Part shown: positions 39,235 through 49,409 of the stretch, piece by piece
Position numbering within the stretch: the stretch's first letter is position 1
Layout: every line of letters begins with the position of its first letter
DNA from: an uncultured Nitrospiraceae bacterium
GTDB taxonomy: Bacteria; Nitrospirota; Thermodesulfovibrionia; Thermodesulfovibrionales; UBA6898
Length of the DNA stretch: 64,000 bases
Direction: 5' to 3'
Assembly: GCA_963811165.1 (NCBI GenBank)
Contig: CAWEQH010000004.1
Location: forward strand, 800,001-864,000
Program-made: the position numbers and the translations under genes
Notes under the pieces: model-generated
Told to the model about the DNA's origin: nothing
The model's input: only the letters and a program-made list of their open reading frames with translations
Database searches by the model: none

Positions 39235-40794
39235 ATGTCGATAATTACTTCCGTAATAAGATATACGCAGGTTGTCCCACGTTATCTTTTCGTTGGCCTG
39301 CTCGCGTTTGCCGTCATAACGCTGTCTATTTCTTCTCCGTACGGCGCCTATGGCGCTCAGGCAACATTGACTTGGAACGCTCCAGCCACTAACACTGATG
39401 GGACCCCTCTGACGGACCTCTCAGGCTACAAGATTTACTATGGGACAGCCTCGGGTAATTATTCTCAGACTATTGATGTGGGAGGCATAACGAGTTCAAC
39501 TGTTTCCAATTTGACCGACGGAACTACTTATTATTTTGCAATGACTGCATATGATACATCGGGAAACGAAAGCGCATATTCCAACGAAGTAAGTAAAACA
39601 ACACAAACTGTCCAGCAATATTCTCTGGCGATAACGAAGAGCGGGACCGGCTCAGGCACGGTAACAAGTTCTGCGGGGGGAATAAACTGCGGTACTGCCT
39701 GCACGGCGACGTACAGTCCCGGTTCAGTAGTAACGCTGACGGCCGCGCCTGCAGGCGGGTCGACGTTTACGGGCTGGTCTGGAGGCGGTTGTGCAGGGAC
39801 TGGAACTTGCTCATTGTCGATGAATGGCAATATAGCGGTAACAGCCACCTTTGGGAGTAACACTTACTCCATCACCTCAACGGCAGGGGCAGGAGGAACA
39901 ATATCTCCCTCCGGGACTGTGACCGTGAATGCTGGAACAAGCAAGACATTTACGATTACATCGAATGCAGGCTATCATGTATCAGACGTAAAGGTTGATG
40001 GTGCATCAGTTGGTGCTGTCACGACATATACCCTCAACAATGTAACGGCAAACCATACAATAGCATCGACCTTTGCGGTCACTACCTATATAGTCACTCC
40101 TTCAGCAGGAGCACATGGCAGTATCAGTCCATCGACCGCGAGGACAGTAAATTACAACGGAACTGCATCATTCACAGTGACGCCAAATACTGGATATAAT
40201 ATCGTCTCTGTGACAGGCTGTGGTGGAATGCTATCCGGCAGCACATACACCACCGGCCCCATAACGGCGAATTGTACGGTAACAGCCACCTTTGGGATTA
40301 ACACTTACTCCATCACCTCAACGGCAGGGGCAGGAGGAACAATATCTCCCTCCGGGACTGTGACCGTGAATTCTGGAACAAGCAAGACATTTACGATTGC
40401 TCCCTCTGCCGGTTACTCCATCGGAGCTGTGAAGGTTGATGGTGCATCAGTTGGTGCTGTTGCGACGTATACCTTCAGCAATATAAGTTCCGGTCATACC
40501 ATCTCAGCGACATTCAATCCGGCACAAGTAACATGCGGGAGCCAGCCAGTTAAAGACGGAAATGCATATTATCCTTCTGTCCAGACGGCTTACAATGTTG
40601 CGCAAAATGGGGCCGACCTGCAGATTCTCGCGACGAGTTTAAGTGGAACTCCGAATCTCACTCGCAATATTCAGCTTAGCCTGCAGGGAGGGTATGACTG
40701 CGGATTTAACAGCAGTTCTTTATATTCGACTATCTCGGGGGCGCTGGTTATAAGTGCGGGGAGCGTCACAATTGAGAATATTATTATCATCTGA
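39235..40794 (+). CDS. Secreted FN3 plus InlB-B-repeat-like surface protein with conserved C-terminal domain
   Basis: ORF 39121..40794; ATG 39235 follows GAGG and gives a signal peptide. FN3 motifs LTW, GYKIYYG, YYF..TAYD..GNES; GTGSGTV...FTGWSG repeats. Confidence 0.85.
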   Translation: MSIITSVIRYTQVVPRYLFVGLLAFAVITLSISSPYGAYGAQATLTWNAPATNTDGTPLTDLSGYKIYYGTASGNYSQTIDVGGITSSTVSNLTDGTTYYFAMTAYDTSGNESAYSNEVSKTTQTVQQYSLAITKSGTGSGTVTSSAGGINCGTACTATYSPGSVVTLTAAPAGGSTFTGWSGGGCAGTGTCSLSMNGNIAVTATFGSNTYSITSTAGAGGTISPSGTVTVNAGTSKTFTITSNAGYHVSDVKVDGASVGAVTTYTLNNVTANHTIASTFAVTTYIVTPSAGAHGSISPSTARTVNYNGTASFTVTPNTGYNIVSVTGCGGMLSGSTYTTGPITANCTVTATFGINTYSITSTAGAGGTISPSGTVTVNSGTSKTFTIAPSAGYSIGAVKVDGASVGAVATYTFSNISSGHTISATFNPAQVTCGSQPVKDGNAYYPSVQTAYNVAQNGADLQILATSLSGTPNLTRNIQLSLQGGYDCGFNSSSLYSTISGALVISAGSVTIENIIII

Positions 40795-40957
40795 TATCGT
40801 TATCGACCGGTGCCCTGGCTTTCGGGTTACTCGCCTCCCTGGATCTAAATAATAGTCACCTGTGACCTTAATCACAGATTGTTGATGCTGATCGTATTAT
40901 AGTTACGGGAAAGACAGAATATTTGAAGGATCTTTGAAATAGTAGAAAAAGAGTTCA

Positions 40958-41062
40958 TGTTTCCGAAAAGGTAAACCCCGGATAACCGGGGGGCACAAAG
41001 CCACGGGTCCTTTCCGAGGTCAGCATCAGATGGGAAAGGATGGCCGGGTTGCCGAAGAAGCA
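40958..41062 (+). ncRNA. c-di-GMP-I riboswitch 2 (first of the tandem pair)
   Basis: GGTAAA-CCCCGG-ATAA-CCGGGG-GGCACAAAGCCACGGGTCC...GGATGGCCGGGTTGCCGAA. Confidence 0.88.
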
Positions 41063-41091
41063 GTGCTTGCCCAGGGTAAATCTTATTCGGT

Positions 41092-41129
41092 AAAGCCTGT
41101 TTTCCTTCGTGAAGATGGGCTTTTTTTTT
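41092..41129 (+). terminator. Riboswitch 2 expression-platform terminator
   Basis: AAAGCCTGTTTTC-loop-GAAGATGGGCTTT plus a long T run. Confidence 0.85.
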
Positions 41130-41201
41130 GGATTGAGTTCGAGTGAAGACATTTTGGTTCTTGAAGTCGTATCAAGTTTGATTTTTGCCCGTCGCGATAA
41201 A

Positions 41202-41293
41202 CACGAAAAAGGCAAACCATCCGAAAGGATGGGACGCAAAGTCACTGGCCTAAGTTCGGACTGTTCCGGATATGGCAGCAGGGCTGCCGGGTG
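41202..41293 (+). ncRNA. c-di-GMP-I riboswitch 3 (second of the tandem pair)
   Basis: GGCAAACCATCC-GAAA-GGATGGGACGCAAAG is nearly the Vc2 consensus; CCTAAG...TATGG tetraloop receptor; P1 CAC/GTG. Confidence 0.93.
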
Positions 41294-41299
41294 AATACG

Positions 41300-41350
41300 G
41301 TACCTCCTAGGGGCTGGATTTGCACGGTATCCTTAATAATATGGAGGTAC
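41300..41350 (+). promoter_or_regulatory. RBS-sequestering hairpin (translational platform of riboswitch 3)
   Basis: GTACCTCC (41300-41307) is the exact reverse complement of the Shine-Dalgarno region GGAGGTAC (41343-41350), just upstream of ATG 41355. Confidence 0.75.
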
Positions 41351-41354
41351 AGCA

Positions 41355-44273
41355 ATGTCAGCATCAAAGGATCGTCGGAAACATTTGAGCCCACAGTCAC
41401 GTATTTCTCTGGCTGGTATCTTTTCATTTTTAGTTTTTATCGCACTCTTTCTTTATCCCAACAGTGCATTTCCGGGACTGGCTACGCTTACCTGGAACGC
41501 TCCAGCCACTAACACTGATGGGACCCCTCTGACGGACCTCTCAGGCTACAAGATTTACTATGGGACAGCCTCGGGTAATTATTCTCAGACTATTGATGTG
41601 GGAGGTATAACGAGTTCAACTGTTTCCAATTTGACCGACGGAACTACTTATTATTTTGCAGTGACTGCATATGATACATCGGGAAACGAAAGCGCATATT
41701 CCAACGAAGTAAGTAAAACAACACAAGCTGTCCAGCAATATTCTCTGGCGATAACGAAGAGCGGGACCGGCTCAGGCACGGTAACAAGTTCTGCGGGGGG
41801 AATAAACTGCGGTACTGCCTGCACGGCGACGTACAGTCCCGGTTCAGTAGTAACGCTGACGGCCGCGCCTGCAGGCGGGTCGACGTTTACGGGCTGGTCT
41901 GGAGGCGGTTGTGCAGGGACTGGAACTTGCTCATTGTCGATGAATGGCAATATAGCGGTAACAGCCACCTTTGGGATTAACACTTACTCCATCACCTCAA
42001 CGGCAGGGGCAGGAGGAACAATATCTCCCTCCGGGACTGTGACCGTGAATTCTGGAACAAGCAAGACATTTACGATTGCTCCCTCTGCCGGTTACTCCAT
42101 CGGAGATGTGAAGGTTGATGGAACTTCAGTGGGCGCTGTTGCGACATATACCCTCAGCAATGTAACGGCAAACCACGTGATAGCGGCGACCTTTGTGGTC
42201 AATACTTATATAGTTACTCCTTCAGCAGGGGCAAATGGCAGTGTCAGTCCATCGACCGCGATGACGGTAAATTACAACGGAACTGCATCATTCACAGTGA
42301 CGCCAAATACTGGATATAATATCGTCTCTGTGACAGGCTGTGGTGGAATGCTATCCGGCAGCACATACACCACCGGCCTCATAACGGCGAATTGTACGGT
42401 AACAGCCACCTTTGGGATTAACACTTACTCCATCACCGCAACGGCAGGGGCAGGAGGAACAATATCTCCCTCCGGGACCGTGACCGTGAATTCTGGAACA
42501 AGCAAGACATTTACGATTACCCCGAATACCGGCTACTCGATATCTGAGGTGATCGTGGATAGTTTGTCGGCAGGCGCGGTTACATCCTATTCATTCACCA
42601 ATGTAACCGGGAACCACAGTTTATCAGTATCGTTTGCTCCTTTGGATTTTGATGACGATGGTATTTCAGATATAGAAGAGTGGGGACCACAGGGAAATGA
42701 CCCGAACTATGACGGCAATAATGATGGGGTTCCTGACTACCTGCAAAACAGTGTAGCGTCGCTCCACACGGCGGGCAGCAATGACTACATAACTCTCTTT
42801 TCGGCAGATGGATATGCACTTAAGGATGTCATGGCAGAGCCGGTACCTGAGGGAACACCTGTTGGTGCGGAGCTCCCGTATCAGTTCATTAGTTTTACTG
42901 TGGATGAAGTCGCAGCCGGGGCAAGCACAACTGTAGTCGTCAAACTCCCTGATGGTGTTGTGGTCAATGATTACTATAAGTATGGGCCGACACCCGACAA
43001 TCCTGCATTACACTGGTATAGCTTTATGTTCGACGGACAGACTGGTGCCGAAATCTCAGGGAATATTATCACCCTTCACTTTGTAGACGGACTAAGGGGA
43101 GACGATGATCTTATTGCGAATGGACAGATAGTCGACCAGGGAGGTCCCGCAGAGACGCCCGTTGTCGGAGCAACGCCATCCTCCATCGATTTTGGCACAA
43201 CAGCAGTGAACACTACTTCGGTGACGCAAAGTGTGAGTATATCAAACAACGGCCTTGCCCCGCTCATCGTAAGTGCCGTGATGATCACCGGCTCTGATGC
43301 AGGGGACTTCGTGGTTCTTGGGGAGACCTGTTCGTCACAGACTACGGCCTCCGCAGGAACATGCAATGTTAGCGTAGCTTTCGCTCCGCATGCGGCCGGG
43401 AATAAGAACGCATCTCTGACAATTTCCTCGGACGACCCCCGCACGCCGATTCTTGTCATTCCAGTTAGCGGAACGGGAACCATACCTCAGTTTACTCTCT
43501 CCGTAACCAAAACGGGCAATGGAACGGTTTCAAGCAGCACGACAGGTATCATGTGCGGAAGTGCCTGCTCAACCCTCCTAAATGAAGGGACGGTCGCAAT
43601 CTTAACTGCAACTCCTGGGGCGGACTCGATATTCATCGGTTGGTCCGGAGGTGGTTGTGCGGGGACTGGCATTTGCTCATTGTCAATGAATGGCGCTGTA
43701 AGTGTAACGGCCACCTTTGCGGTCAAAACGTACACAATCGCGGCAACGGCAGGTACAGGAGGGACAATATCTCCTTCCGGTGCCGTAACCGCGAATTATG
43801 GAACAAGCAAGACATTTGCGATTACTCCATCTGCCGGTTACTCCATCGGAGATGTGAAGGTTGATGGAACTTCAGTGGGCGCTGTTGCGACGTATACTTT
43901 CAGTAATATCACTGTCAGCCACGCGATCTCTGCTGGCTTTGTGAGCGGGAAAATACCCGCCATCTCCGTATCTCCTGCATCTTACGTCTTCAAGACAACA
44001 AAAGTCGGTTATTCGTCGTCCAAGATATTCAAAATCACAAACATAGGAAAGGCTAATCTTTCGATACTGAAAGTCGAGATTATCGGAACCGATGCGAACG
44101 CGTTCGGTACATCCTTTGCCGGAACAAAGACGCTAAGTCCATCACGGTACTTCTACCAGACAATTAAATTCAGACCGACATCTAAAGGGGTAAAAAATGC
44201 TGTGTTGAGGGTAACCTCGAATGACCCTAAGACCCCAGTCATTGCTGTTCCACTGAGTGGCTCAGGCATATAG
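41355..44273 (+). CDS. Secreted FN3 plus InlB-B-repeat-like protein with Ca-binding DxDxDG motifs and choice-of-anchor U-like and D-like (ASH-type Ig) domains
   Basis: N-half near-identical to the 39235 gene; DFDDDGISD; YYKYGPTP...DGLRGDDD...IVD.GGP; SIDFG...SDDP..P...V.GTG. Confidence 0.85.
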   Translation: MSASKDRRKHLSPQSRISLAGIFSFLVFIALFLYPNSAFPGLATLTWNAPATNTDGTPLTDLSGYKIYYGTASGNYSQTIDVGGITSSTVSNLTDGTTYYFAVTAYDTSGNESAYSNEVSKTTQAVQQYSLAITKSGTGSGTVTSSAGGINCGTACTATYSPGSVVTLTAAPAGGSTFTGWSGGGCAGTGTCSLSMNGNIAVTATFGINTYSITSTAGAGGTISPSGTVTVNSGTSKTFTIAPSAGYSIGDVKVDGTSVGAVATYTLSNVTANHVIAATFVVNTYIVTPSAGANGSVSPSTAMTVNYNGTASFTVTPNTGYNIVSVTGCGGMLSGSTYTTGLITANCTVTATFGINTYSITATAGAGGTISPSGTVTVNSGTSKTFTITPNTGYSISEVIVDSLSAGAVTSYSFTNVTGNHSLSVSFAPLDFDDDGISDIEEWGPQGNDPNYDGNNDGVPDYLQNSVASLHTAGSNDYITLFSADGYALKDVMAEPVPEGTPVGAELPYQFISFTVDEVAAGASTTVVVKLPDGVVVNDYYKYGPTPDNPALHWYSFMFDGQTGAEISGNIITLHFVDGLRGDDDLIANGQIVDQGGPAETPVVGATPSSIDFGTTAVNTTSVTQSVSISNNGLAPLIVSAVMITGSDAGDFVVLGETCSSQTTASAGTCNVSVAFAPHAAGNKNASLTISSDDPRTPILVIPVSGTGTIPQFTLSVTKTGNGTVSSSTTGIMCGSACSTLLNEGTVAILTATPGADSIFIGWSGGGCAGTGICSLSMNGAVSVTATFAVKTYTIAATAGTGGTISPSGAVTANYGTSKTFAITPSAGYSIGDVKVDGTSVGAVATYTFSNITVSHAISAGFVSGKIPAISVSPASYVFKTTKVGYSSSKIFKITNIGKANLSILKVEIIGTDANAFGTSFAGTKTLSPSRYFYQTIKFRPTSKGVKNAVLRVTSNDPKTPVIAVPLSGSGI

Positions 44274-44295
44274 GTGAGTGGTACAGGAGCATGAG

Positions 44296-44323
44296 CAAGG
44301 GGGCAGAACGTCCTGCCCCCTTG
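44296..44323 (+). terminator. GC-rich hairpin after the surface-protein gene
   Basis: CAAGGGGGCAG-AACGTC-CTGCCCCCTTG. Confidence 0.7.
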
Positions 44324-45130
44324 TCATAAAAGAGATGGGGCCGCAAATATTGATCGCTTAATTTCAGCAAGCCGTAATAGGTGGTTATTCGGGAATCTTA
44401 AGATCGGGAAGCAAAAAAATCTTCTGGGCAGGATGGTGGGAATGGTCTGCCGCATGTCAGATTGGTTCTTCCTGCGCTAGAGCAATAACTGCGTTGCCAA
44501 AAAAGGCGTCAAGTAATCTCTTGATGAGGTACCGCAGAAGTCAAGTCTGCGATCGTTTGATCTTCATTTTCACCGGCCCTCTTTGAGACAAAAAACATTG
44601 CCATAATCGCGAGAGCTGATGTGCCACCCAAAAAAAATCCAAGTGTTAAATACATAAGAACCATATGAACCTCCTTTTTAAGACTGTCAACTCCTGCAAA
44701 GAATTCTTCAATGGTTTTTTTTACTTAAGTTATTATACTTCCGGGACTAAGAAAAGTTAAATTAAATTTTTTTCATATTCCCCATTGCGGAGGTCGACTA
44801 AACTATTGTGGAACTGATGTTGATCTCCAGACCTTGCCGCTCGGCGGGCCATGGCGAAGGCCTGGGGCAGTCCCCTCTTTATGCAGAAAGATCTTAGAGG
44901 CTTCGGAGGCGGTAGCCCTGTTTTCATAGATGCGAAGATTTTTCTGGATTGACTCCTTCATTCCAAAAGCGATGCAGAGTCTTATCTGCGCCAAATATCC
45001 TACAGGCTCTATGGGATTGCTCCCGTGCAGGGGCGATGCAGCTGCCTCTGTAGCATCAGAAAGTTATCGGTGCTTAAAAGCGTGATAAAGTATGTTTTAT
45101 TTCCCACATTTCGCGTACGCCTCGATGCTC

Positions 45131-46405
45131 TCAGAACTGGTAAGTGAGGCTGACTCCTATCATATGTAAGTCTGTCCTGTATGTTCCATTTGCGGAAGTG
45201 GTAGGGTTCAAGGCACCGTCAAAGGGATTGTCGTCAATGGCATTATTCTTGGATCTGTCTTTCACCTTCTGATATGCATAAGAAATCCCCAAGAGAAATT
45301 TGTTGAAACGGATGTCTGTCCCCATGCAGTAAACCTGAGATTTGCTCGAAGGTACGATGGGGTCGAATGTCTCATCCGGGACGGGATTACCCTCGTAGAT
45401 GTAGCCTGCCATGAAGGCCACAGTGTTATTTACCTGATATCGAGCGCCCATATTAAGGGAGTAAATATCCTTCCACTTCTTGGGATACGTTATTTCCTGA
45501 AATCCGGCAATGGGCAAGTCCGTATTTATGGTGAGCTTGTCATATGAAGACCATCCTTCCCACCTGCCGCCCACTTCGATAGTCAGCGGTGCAAGACCTT
45601 TGTACGCTATACCGAAGTTCGCCGTTGCAGGAAGACTCAGGGTTGTCCGTGCAGCGGTATTTGGGAACATTGATGTCAGTGTTTCCGGAAGCGGGACGGG
45701 GAAGCTGTGCGAGATGTTTCCGTCTATATCTGTCTTGATCCTGCTCCTGAATGCGGCCCCTATCGAGATGTCCTTGGTGACGTCTATGAGCAGCCCGGTA
45801 TTAAAGCCAAGAGCGAAGTCATCTCCCTTGAAGGTCTGCTTCACATCGGGGATGCCGAGGGAACCCAGGTTGAGCATCTTGTTGAGCTCTGCATCGAGGA
45901 AGAGAAATGAAACTCCCGCAGCAAGAGAAATATTCGGAGTAAGCCGGTATGAGACCACAGGGTTCAGGGTGTAAGTAGTCAGAACGGACTTGGTGGCTAT
46001 ATACCTTCCTTCCCAGTCATCAGACCACTTTGTCGCCAGACCGAAGTTGCTGAAGGCGCCGAAACCGACAGATAACTCCCGGGTCATTTTGTAGGTCATA
46101 TAAAGCGTCGAGGGGAAGAACACGTCGTTCGCAGTCTCAAAACTCTTGCCCGAAAAAGAGCTCTGGAACTTGTTATTAGGGATAAGCAGCGTTGTTCCGA
46201 CCTCCAACTGCATTCCGGGGAGGTCATTTATGAGTGCGGGGTTGAAGAATACTGAAGAAGGGTCGTTTGTATGTGCTATCACCGCATTCCCCTGTCCGAG
46301 AGGGGTTGCACCTTGGGTATTTACTGAAAAGCCGGCCCCATAGGCGGCCTCTGCAACAAGCATGAGGACAACTGTCGATAGGAGAATTTGTCGAAGTGGT
46401 CTCAT
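45131..46405 (-). CDS. OmpP1/FadL family outer-membrane transporter for hydrophobic compounds
   Basis: Mature start AGF, NPA motif, FGLATKW, terminal YQF; ATG 46405 follows GGAGGAGG. Confidence 0.92.
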   Translation of the reverse strand: MRPLRQILLSTVVLMLVAEAAYGAGFSVNTQGATPLGQGNAVIAHTNDPSSVFFNPALINDLPGMQLEVGTTLLIPNNKFQSSFSGKSFETANDVFFPSTLYMTYKMTRELSVGFGAFSNFGLATKWSDDWEGRYIATKSVLTTYTLNPVVSYRLTPNISLAAGVSFLFLDAELNKMLNLGSLGIPDVKQTFKGDDFALGFNTGLLIDVTKDISIGAAFRSRIKTDIDGNISHSFPVPLPETLTSMFPNTAARTTLSLPATANFGIAYKGLAPLTIEVGGRWEGWSSYDKLTINTDLPIAGFQEITYPKKWKDIYSLNMGARYQVNNTVAFMAGYIYEGNPVPDETFDPIVPSSKSQVYCMGTDIRFNKFLLGISYAYQKVKDRSKNNAIDDNPFDGALNPTTSANGTYRTDLHMIGVSLTYQF

Positions 46406-46530
46406 CTTACCTCCTCCCTTAGCTTTACTCATCTGTTTTAAGCATTAGTTACCTTTTTGTCAAGGTAAAAGTTATAATCAAATCATTGTGCTCGAAATAA
46501 TACCCACGAGAGGGCAGCCTTCCTGGAACA

Positions 46531-47370
46531 ATGAAGGAATTAAAGAAACGTCGAAATAAGAACCCTGTGGCCAAGACAAATTACCTCATGGAGAACGAAC
46601 GTGAGGCGATAAGGCTGGACGCAAAGACCGATCTTGAACGCGTAAGGGAGCAAGCGCTATGGGCCGGAGTGGAGCCGGGGATGCGGATCGCTGACATCGG
46701 CTGCGGCATTGGGAAGACCACGTTTATGTTGAACGAACTTGTTCAGCCGGGCGGAAAAACAGTGGGCGTTGACTTTTCGGATTCGAGGATAGGCCTTGCG
46801 AGGGAAATGTATCCCTCCCCGACGATATCATATGAGGTAAGAGATGTCCGCGGAGACCTGAGGACCCTTGGGAAGTTCGATTTCATCTGGGTCAGGTTTT
46901 TTCTTGAATACTTTCGAGGAGAAAGTTTCGACATAGTAAAAAATCTTACAGGCATCCTGAAGAAAGGCGGTATACTCTGCCTGATAGACCTTGACTGCAA
47001 CTGCATGAATTTTCACGGGGCGTCTCCTAAGCTCGAATTGACCCTGGCGCGAGTCATGGAAGCCCTTCAGGAGCGCGGGAATTTTGATCCTTTTATCGGA
47101 AGAAAGCTGTACAGCTATCTTTACGACCTGGGGTACGGGAATATTCGGGTAGATGTCTCGTCTCACCATGTCACCTACGGAGAGTTAAGTGATGCAGATG
47201 CACTGAACTGGCTTACCAAGGTTGAGACAATCGCCAGTAAGGGCTATGTGGATCTTTCGGAGTTTGGCGGTGTCAGCGGCTTTATCAAAGAGTTCCGGAA
47301 ATTTCTCGATGACCCGAGGAGGTTTATTTACTCACCCCTAGTTATGTGCGGGGGGGTAAAAAAGATGTGA
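46531..47370 (+). CDS. Class I SAM-dependent methyltransferase
   Basis: YLME..E..RL, ADIGCGIG, GVDFS, FDFIWVRF, LKKGG. Confidence 0.9.
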   Translation: MKELKKRRNKNPVAKTNYLMENEREAIRLDAKTDLERVREQALWAGVEPGMRIADIGCGIGKTTFMLNELVQPGGKTVGVDFSDSRIGLAREMYPSPTISYEVRDVRGDLRTLGKFDFIWVRFFLEYFRGESFDIVKNLTGILKKGGILCLIDLDCNCMNFHGASPKLELTLARVMEALQERGNFDPFIGRKLYSYLYDLGYGNIRVDVSSHHVTYGELSDADALNWLTKVETIASKGYVDLSEFGGVSGFIKEFRKFLDDPRRFIYSPLVMCGGVKKM

Positions 47371-49353
47371 AGGGATAGGTATAGGTGTTTGTGAGCCGGA
47401 ATCCAAGAGGTTGCCGATATTTTTGTTGCAGTACCTTATAAACGCGTCGATCACTTCAGGATCCAGATGCGTCCCCCTTATGTCCAGGAGGATCTTGAAT
47501 GCAACGTCGAGGGGCATAGCTTCCCTGTAATGGCGCTTGGACGTTATCGCCTCGAAGTAGTCGGCAACGGCTATAATCCTTGAGCCCAACGGGATGGCGT
47601 CTTCCCGGAGTCCTCGCGGATAACCTGTGCCGTCCCATTTTTCGTGATGGCATCCGACGATAATCGGGACCTGCTTGTAAATCCCTTCGAAGTTGATCTT
47701 CTCAAGTATCTGCTGAGTCTTTATCGCGTGGGTTTTTATCTCCTCAAACTCCATTTTGTCGAGCGGCCCCTGTTTCTTGAGAACCGAATCCCTGATGCCT
47801 ATCTTGCCGTAGTCATGGAGCAGGGCTGCGACGCGGATCATCTCCGTAAATTCCTTGTTCATGTCGAGCTCTTGACAGATTCCTATAGCGAATTTGGTAA
47901 CCCGTTCCGAGTGGCCGGCGGTCATGAAGTCCCTTGCGTCGATAGTTGCCGCAAGGGTTTGGATGATAGACCTGAATTGCTGCTCCTTGTTCTCAAAGAG
48001 CATGGTGGTATGCATGCTGACGGCTATCTCCGGCATGATGGTCATGAGAAGGGTGAGGTCGCTTTGGAGCAATGGCCTCTTGGAACGTATGTTGTCCACT
48101 GCGATAATGCCGAGGGACTGCTTCTCGTAGACGACAGGACAGCAGATGAAAGACTTTGCTCCCATTTTTTTTGCGAACTCGATGCTGTATGGTGAGAGAT
48201 CGTCCGTGATTGACTCCACATCGTCGATGAGGAGCGGTTTCTGGTCTTTGAAGGAGACGACAAATGCCCCTTTGGAACTTGTCTTGTTTAGGTGAAACTG
48301 GGTCTTCTTCAAGAAGGAATACTGCTCTGGGGTATAACCAAACCCGGAGTGGAAGACCAGTGTGGTCCTCTCCTTGTTCGGAAGCAAGATAAGCCCCCGG
48401 TCATAGTCGAGCCGGTTCTGGAACGCCTGAATGACTTCGCGGAAGATATCGTCGAGATCGCTCTTTTTGTTGAAGGCGAGTCCGAGTTCGTATATGAGAA
48501 GACTGTCGTTATGTCTGGAGTTGAGCTGGTCCAGGAGTTTATCGGACGAGTCCTGAAGGTTCGACAGGGCCGCATTCAGTTCGTTGTTTTCGAGACGCTT
48601 CACGTATATGGTGATGAGGAAAAGCGCCAGTATAAAAAAAGGAAGGAGGATTGCTATAGCAATGTCCCGGTGGCCGCTAAACGTGACAAGACCGAAGAGA
48701 ATGAGGAGAAAGATCGTAAAATAGGTCCTGACGTTCTTCCACAGTGCGGAGTAAGACTCTTGCCACGTTACAATGTATTTGCATGATGAGCCCCCCCTGA
48801 ACATGCATTCAGGATGTTCAATGGCAGGGAAACGGTAGTTGAATGCTTTTGCGAGGGCCTCAAGGTGGCCCACCCTGTTTTCGCACTGAAAAGCCTTCTC
48901 TTTGACGTCCGTATGAGGGGTGACTGTTATTTCGACCCTATGCTTTCCTATCCTCTTTGCGACGTAGTCGGAAGATTTCGTGAAGAAGGATGAGAATTTA
49001 CCGATCAGTTCATAAGCTCTGCCCGGTCCCACGAGCCCAAGTATATACTGTCTTATGAAGCCAAGAGAATCCGCCGATGCAGCAAATCTTCCGGCCTCCC
49101 GTGCAATGTCCTTGTTGCCGGTCTTCTTCAAGATCTCTTCATAGAACTTGTCCACCTCTTCCTGCGTAAACCAGTGCCCCTGGTCTGCAACCTGGTAAGG
49201 CTTTATGCCCGAATTGGAAAGGATTTCGTTTGCGTCGATGAGAGGGTACCTCTGCCCTAAGTACTTGATGAATGTGTCTATGATGCGGCTGCTGTATAAA
49301 GGCCTTTCAGTCATGGCTGTCCTTTCCAGTATGCCCATGCCTCCATGAACCAA
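47338..49353 (-). CDS. Membrane HD-GYP phosphodiesterase with N-terminal V4R/H-NOX-like domain, two TMs and a GAF domain
   Basis: QCEN..G...EHPEC...G...CKY..W; TM hairpin; GHSERV, HDYGKIG, HHEKWDGTGYP. Confidence 0.88.
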   Translation of the reverse strand: MVHGGMGILERTAMTERPLYSSRIIDTFIKYLGQRYPLIDANEILSNSGIKPYQVADQGHWFTQEEVDKFYEEILKKTGNKDIAREAGRFAASADSLGFIRQYILGLVGPGRAYELIGKFSSFFTKSSDYVAKRIGKHRVEITVTPHTDVKEKAFQCENRVGHLEALAKAFNYRFPAIEHPECMFRGGSSCKYIVTWQESYSALWKNVRTYFTIFLLILFGLVTFSGHRDIAIAILLPFFILALFLITIYVKRLENNELNAALSNLQDSSDKLLDQLNSRHNDSLLIYELGLAFNKKSDLDDIFREVIQAFQNRLDYDRGLILLPNKERTTLVFHSGFGYTPEQYSFLKKTQFHLNKTSSKGAFVVSFKDQKPLLIDDVESITDDLSPYSIEFAKKMGAKSFICCPVVYEKQSLGIIAVDNIRSKRPLLQSDLTLLMTIMPEIAVSMHTTMLFENKEQQFRSIIQTLAATIDARDFMTAGHSERVTKFAIGICQELDMNKEFTEMIRVAALLHDYGKIGIRDSVLKKQGPLDKMEFEEIKTHAIKTQQILEKINFEGIYKQVPIIVGCHHEKWDGTGYPRGLREDAIPLGSRIIAVADYFEAITSKRHYREAMPLDVAFKILLDIRGTHLDPEVIDAFIRYCNKNIGNLLDSGSQTPIPIPSHLFYPPAHN

Positions 49354-49409
49354 GAGCGCCGGAGAATGTTATGTCTGAGAGTATTTGCCTCATGGTCACC
49401 GTCTCCCCA

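Noticed and set aside
38858..41293. 3',3'-cGAMP (GEMM-Ib) riboswitch / Hypr GGDEF system
   Set aside because: The G20-equivalent position is G in all three aptamers and both GGDEF domains keep the canonical Asp.
40955..41512. Short ORFs in the leader of the 41355 gene
   Set aside because: They overlap the riboswitches and terminator, which explain the region.
44330..45130. 800-bp intergenic region with a 63-aa ORF (44803..44994)
   Set aside because: No recognisable motif, RBS or RNA structure.
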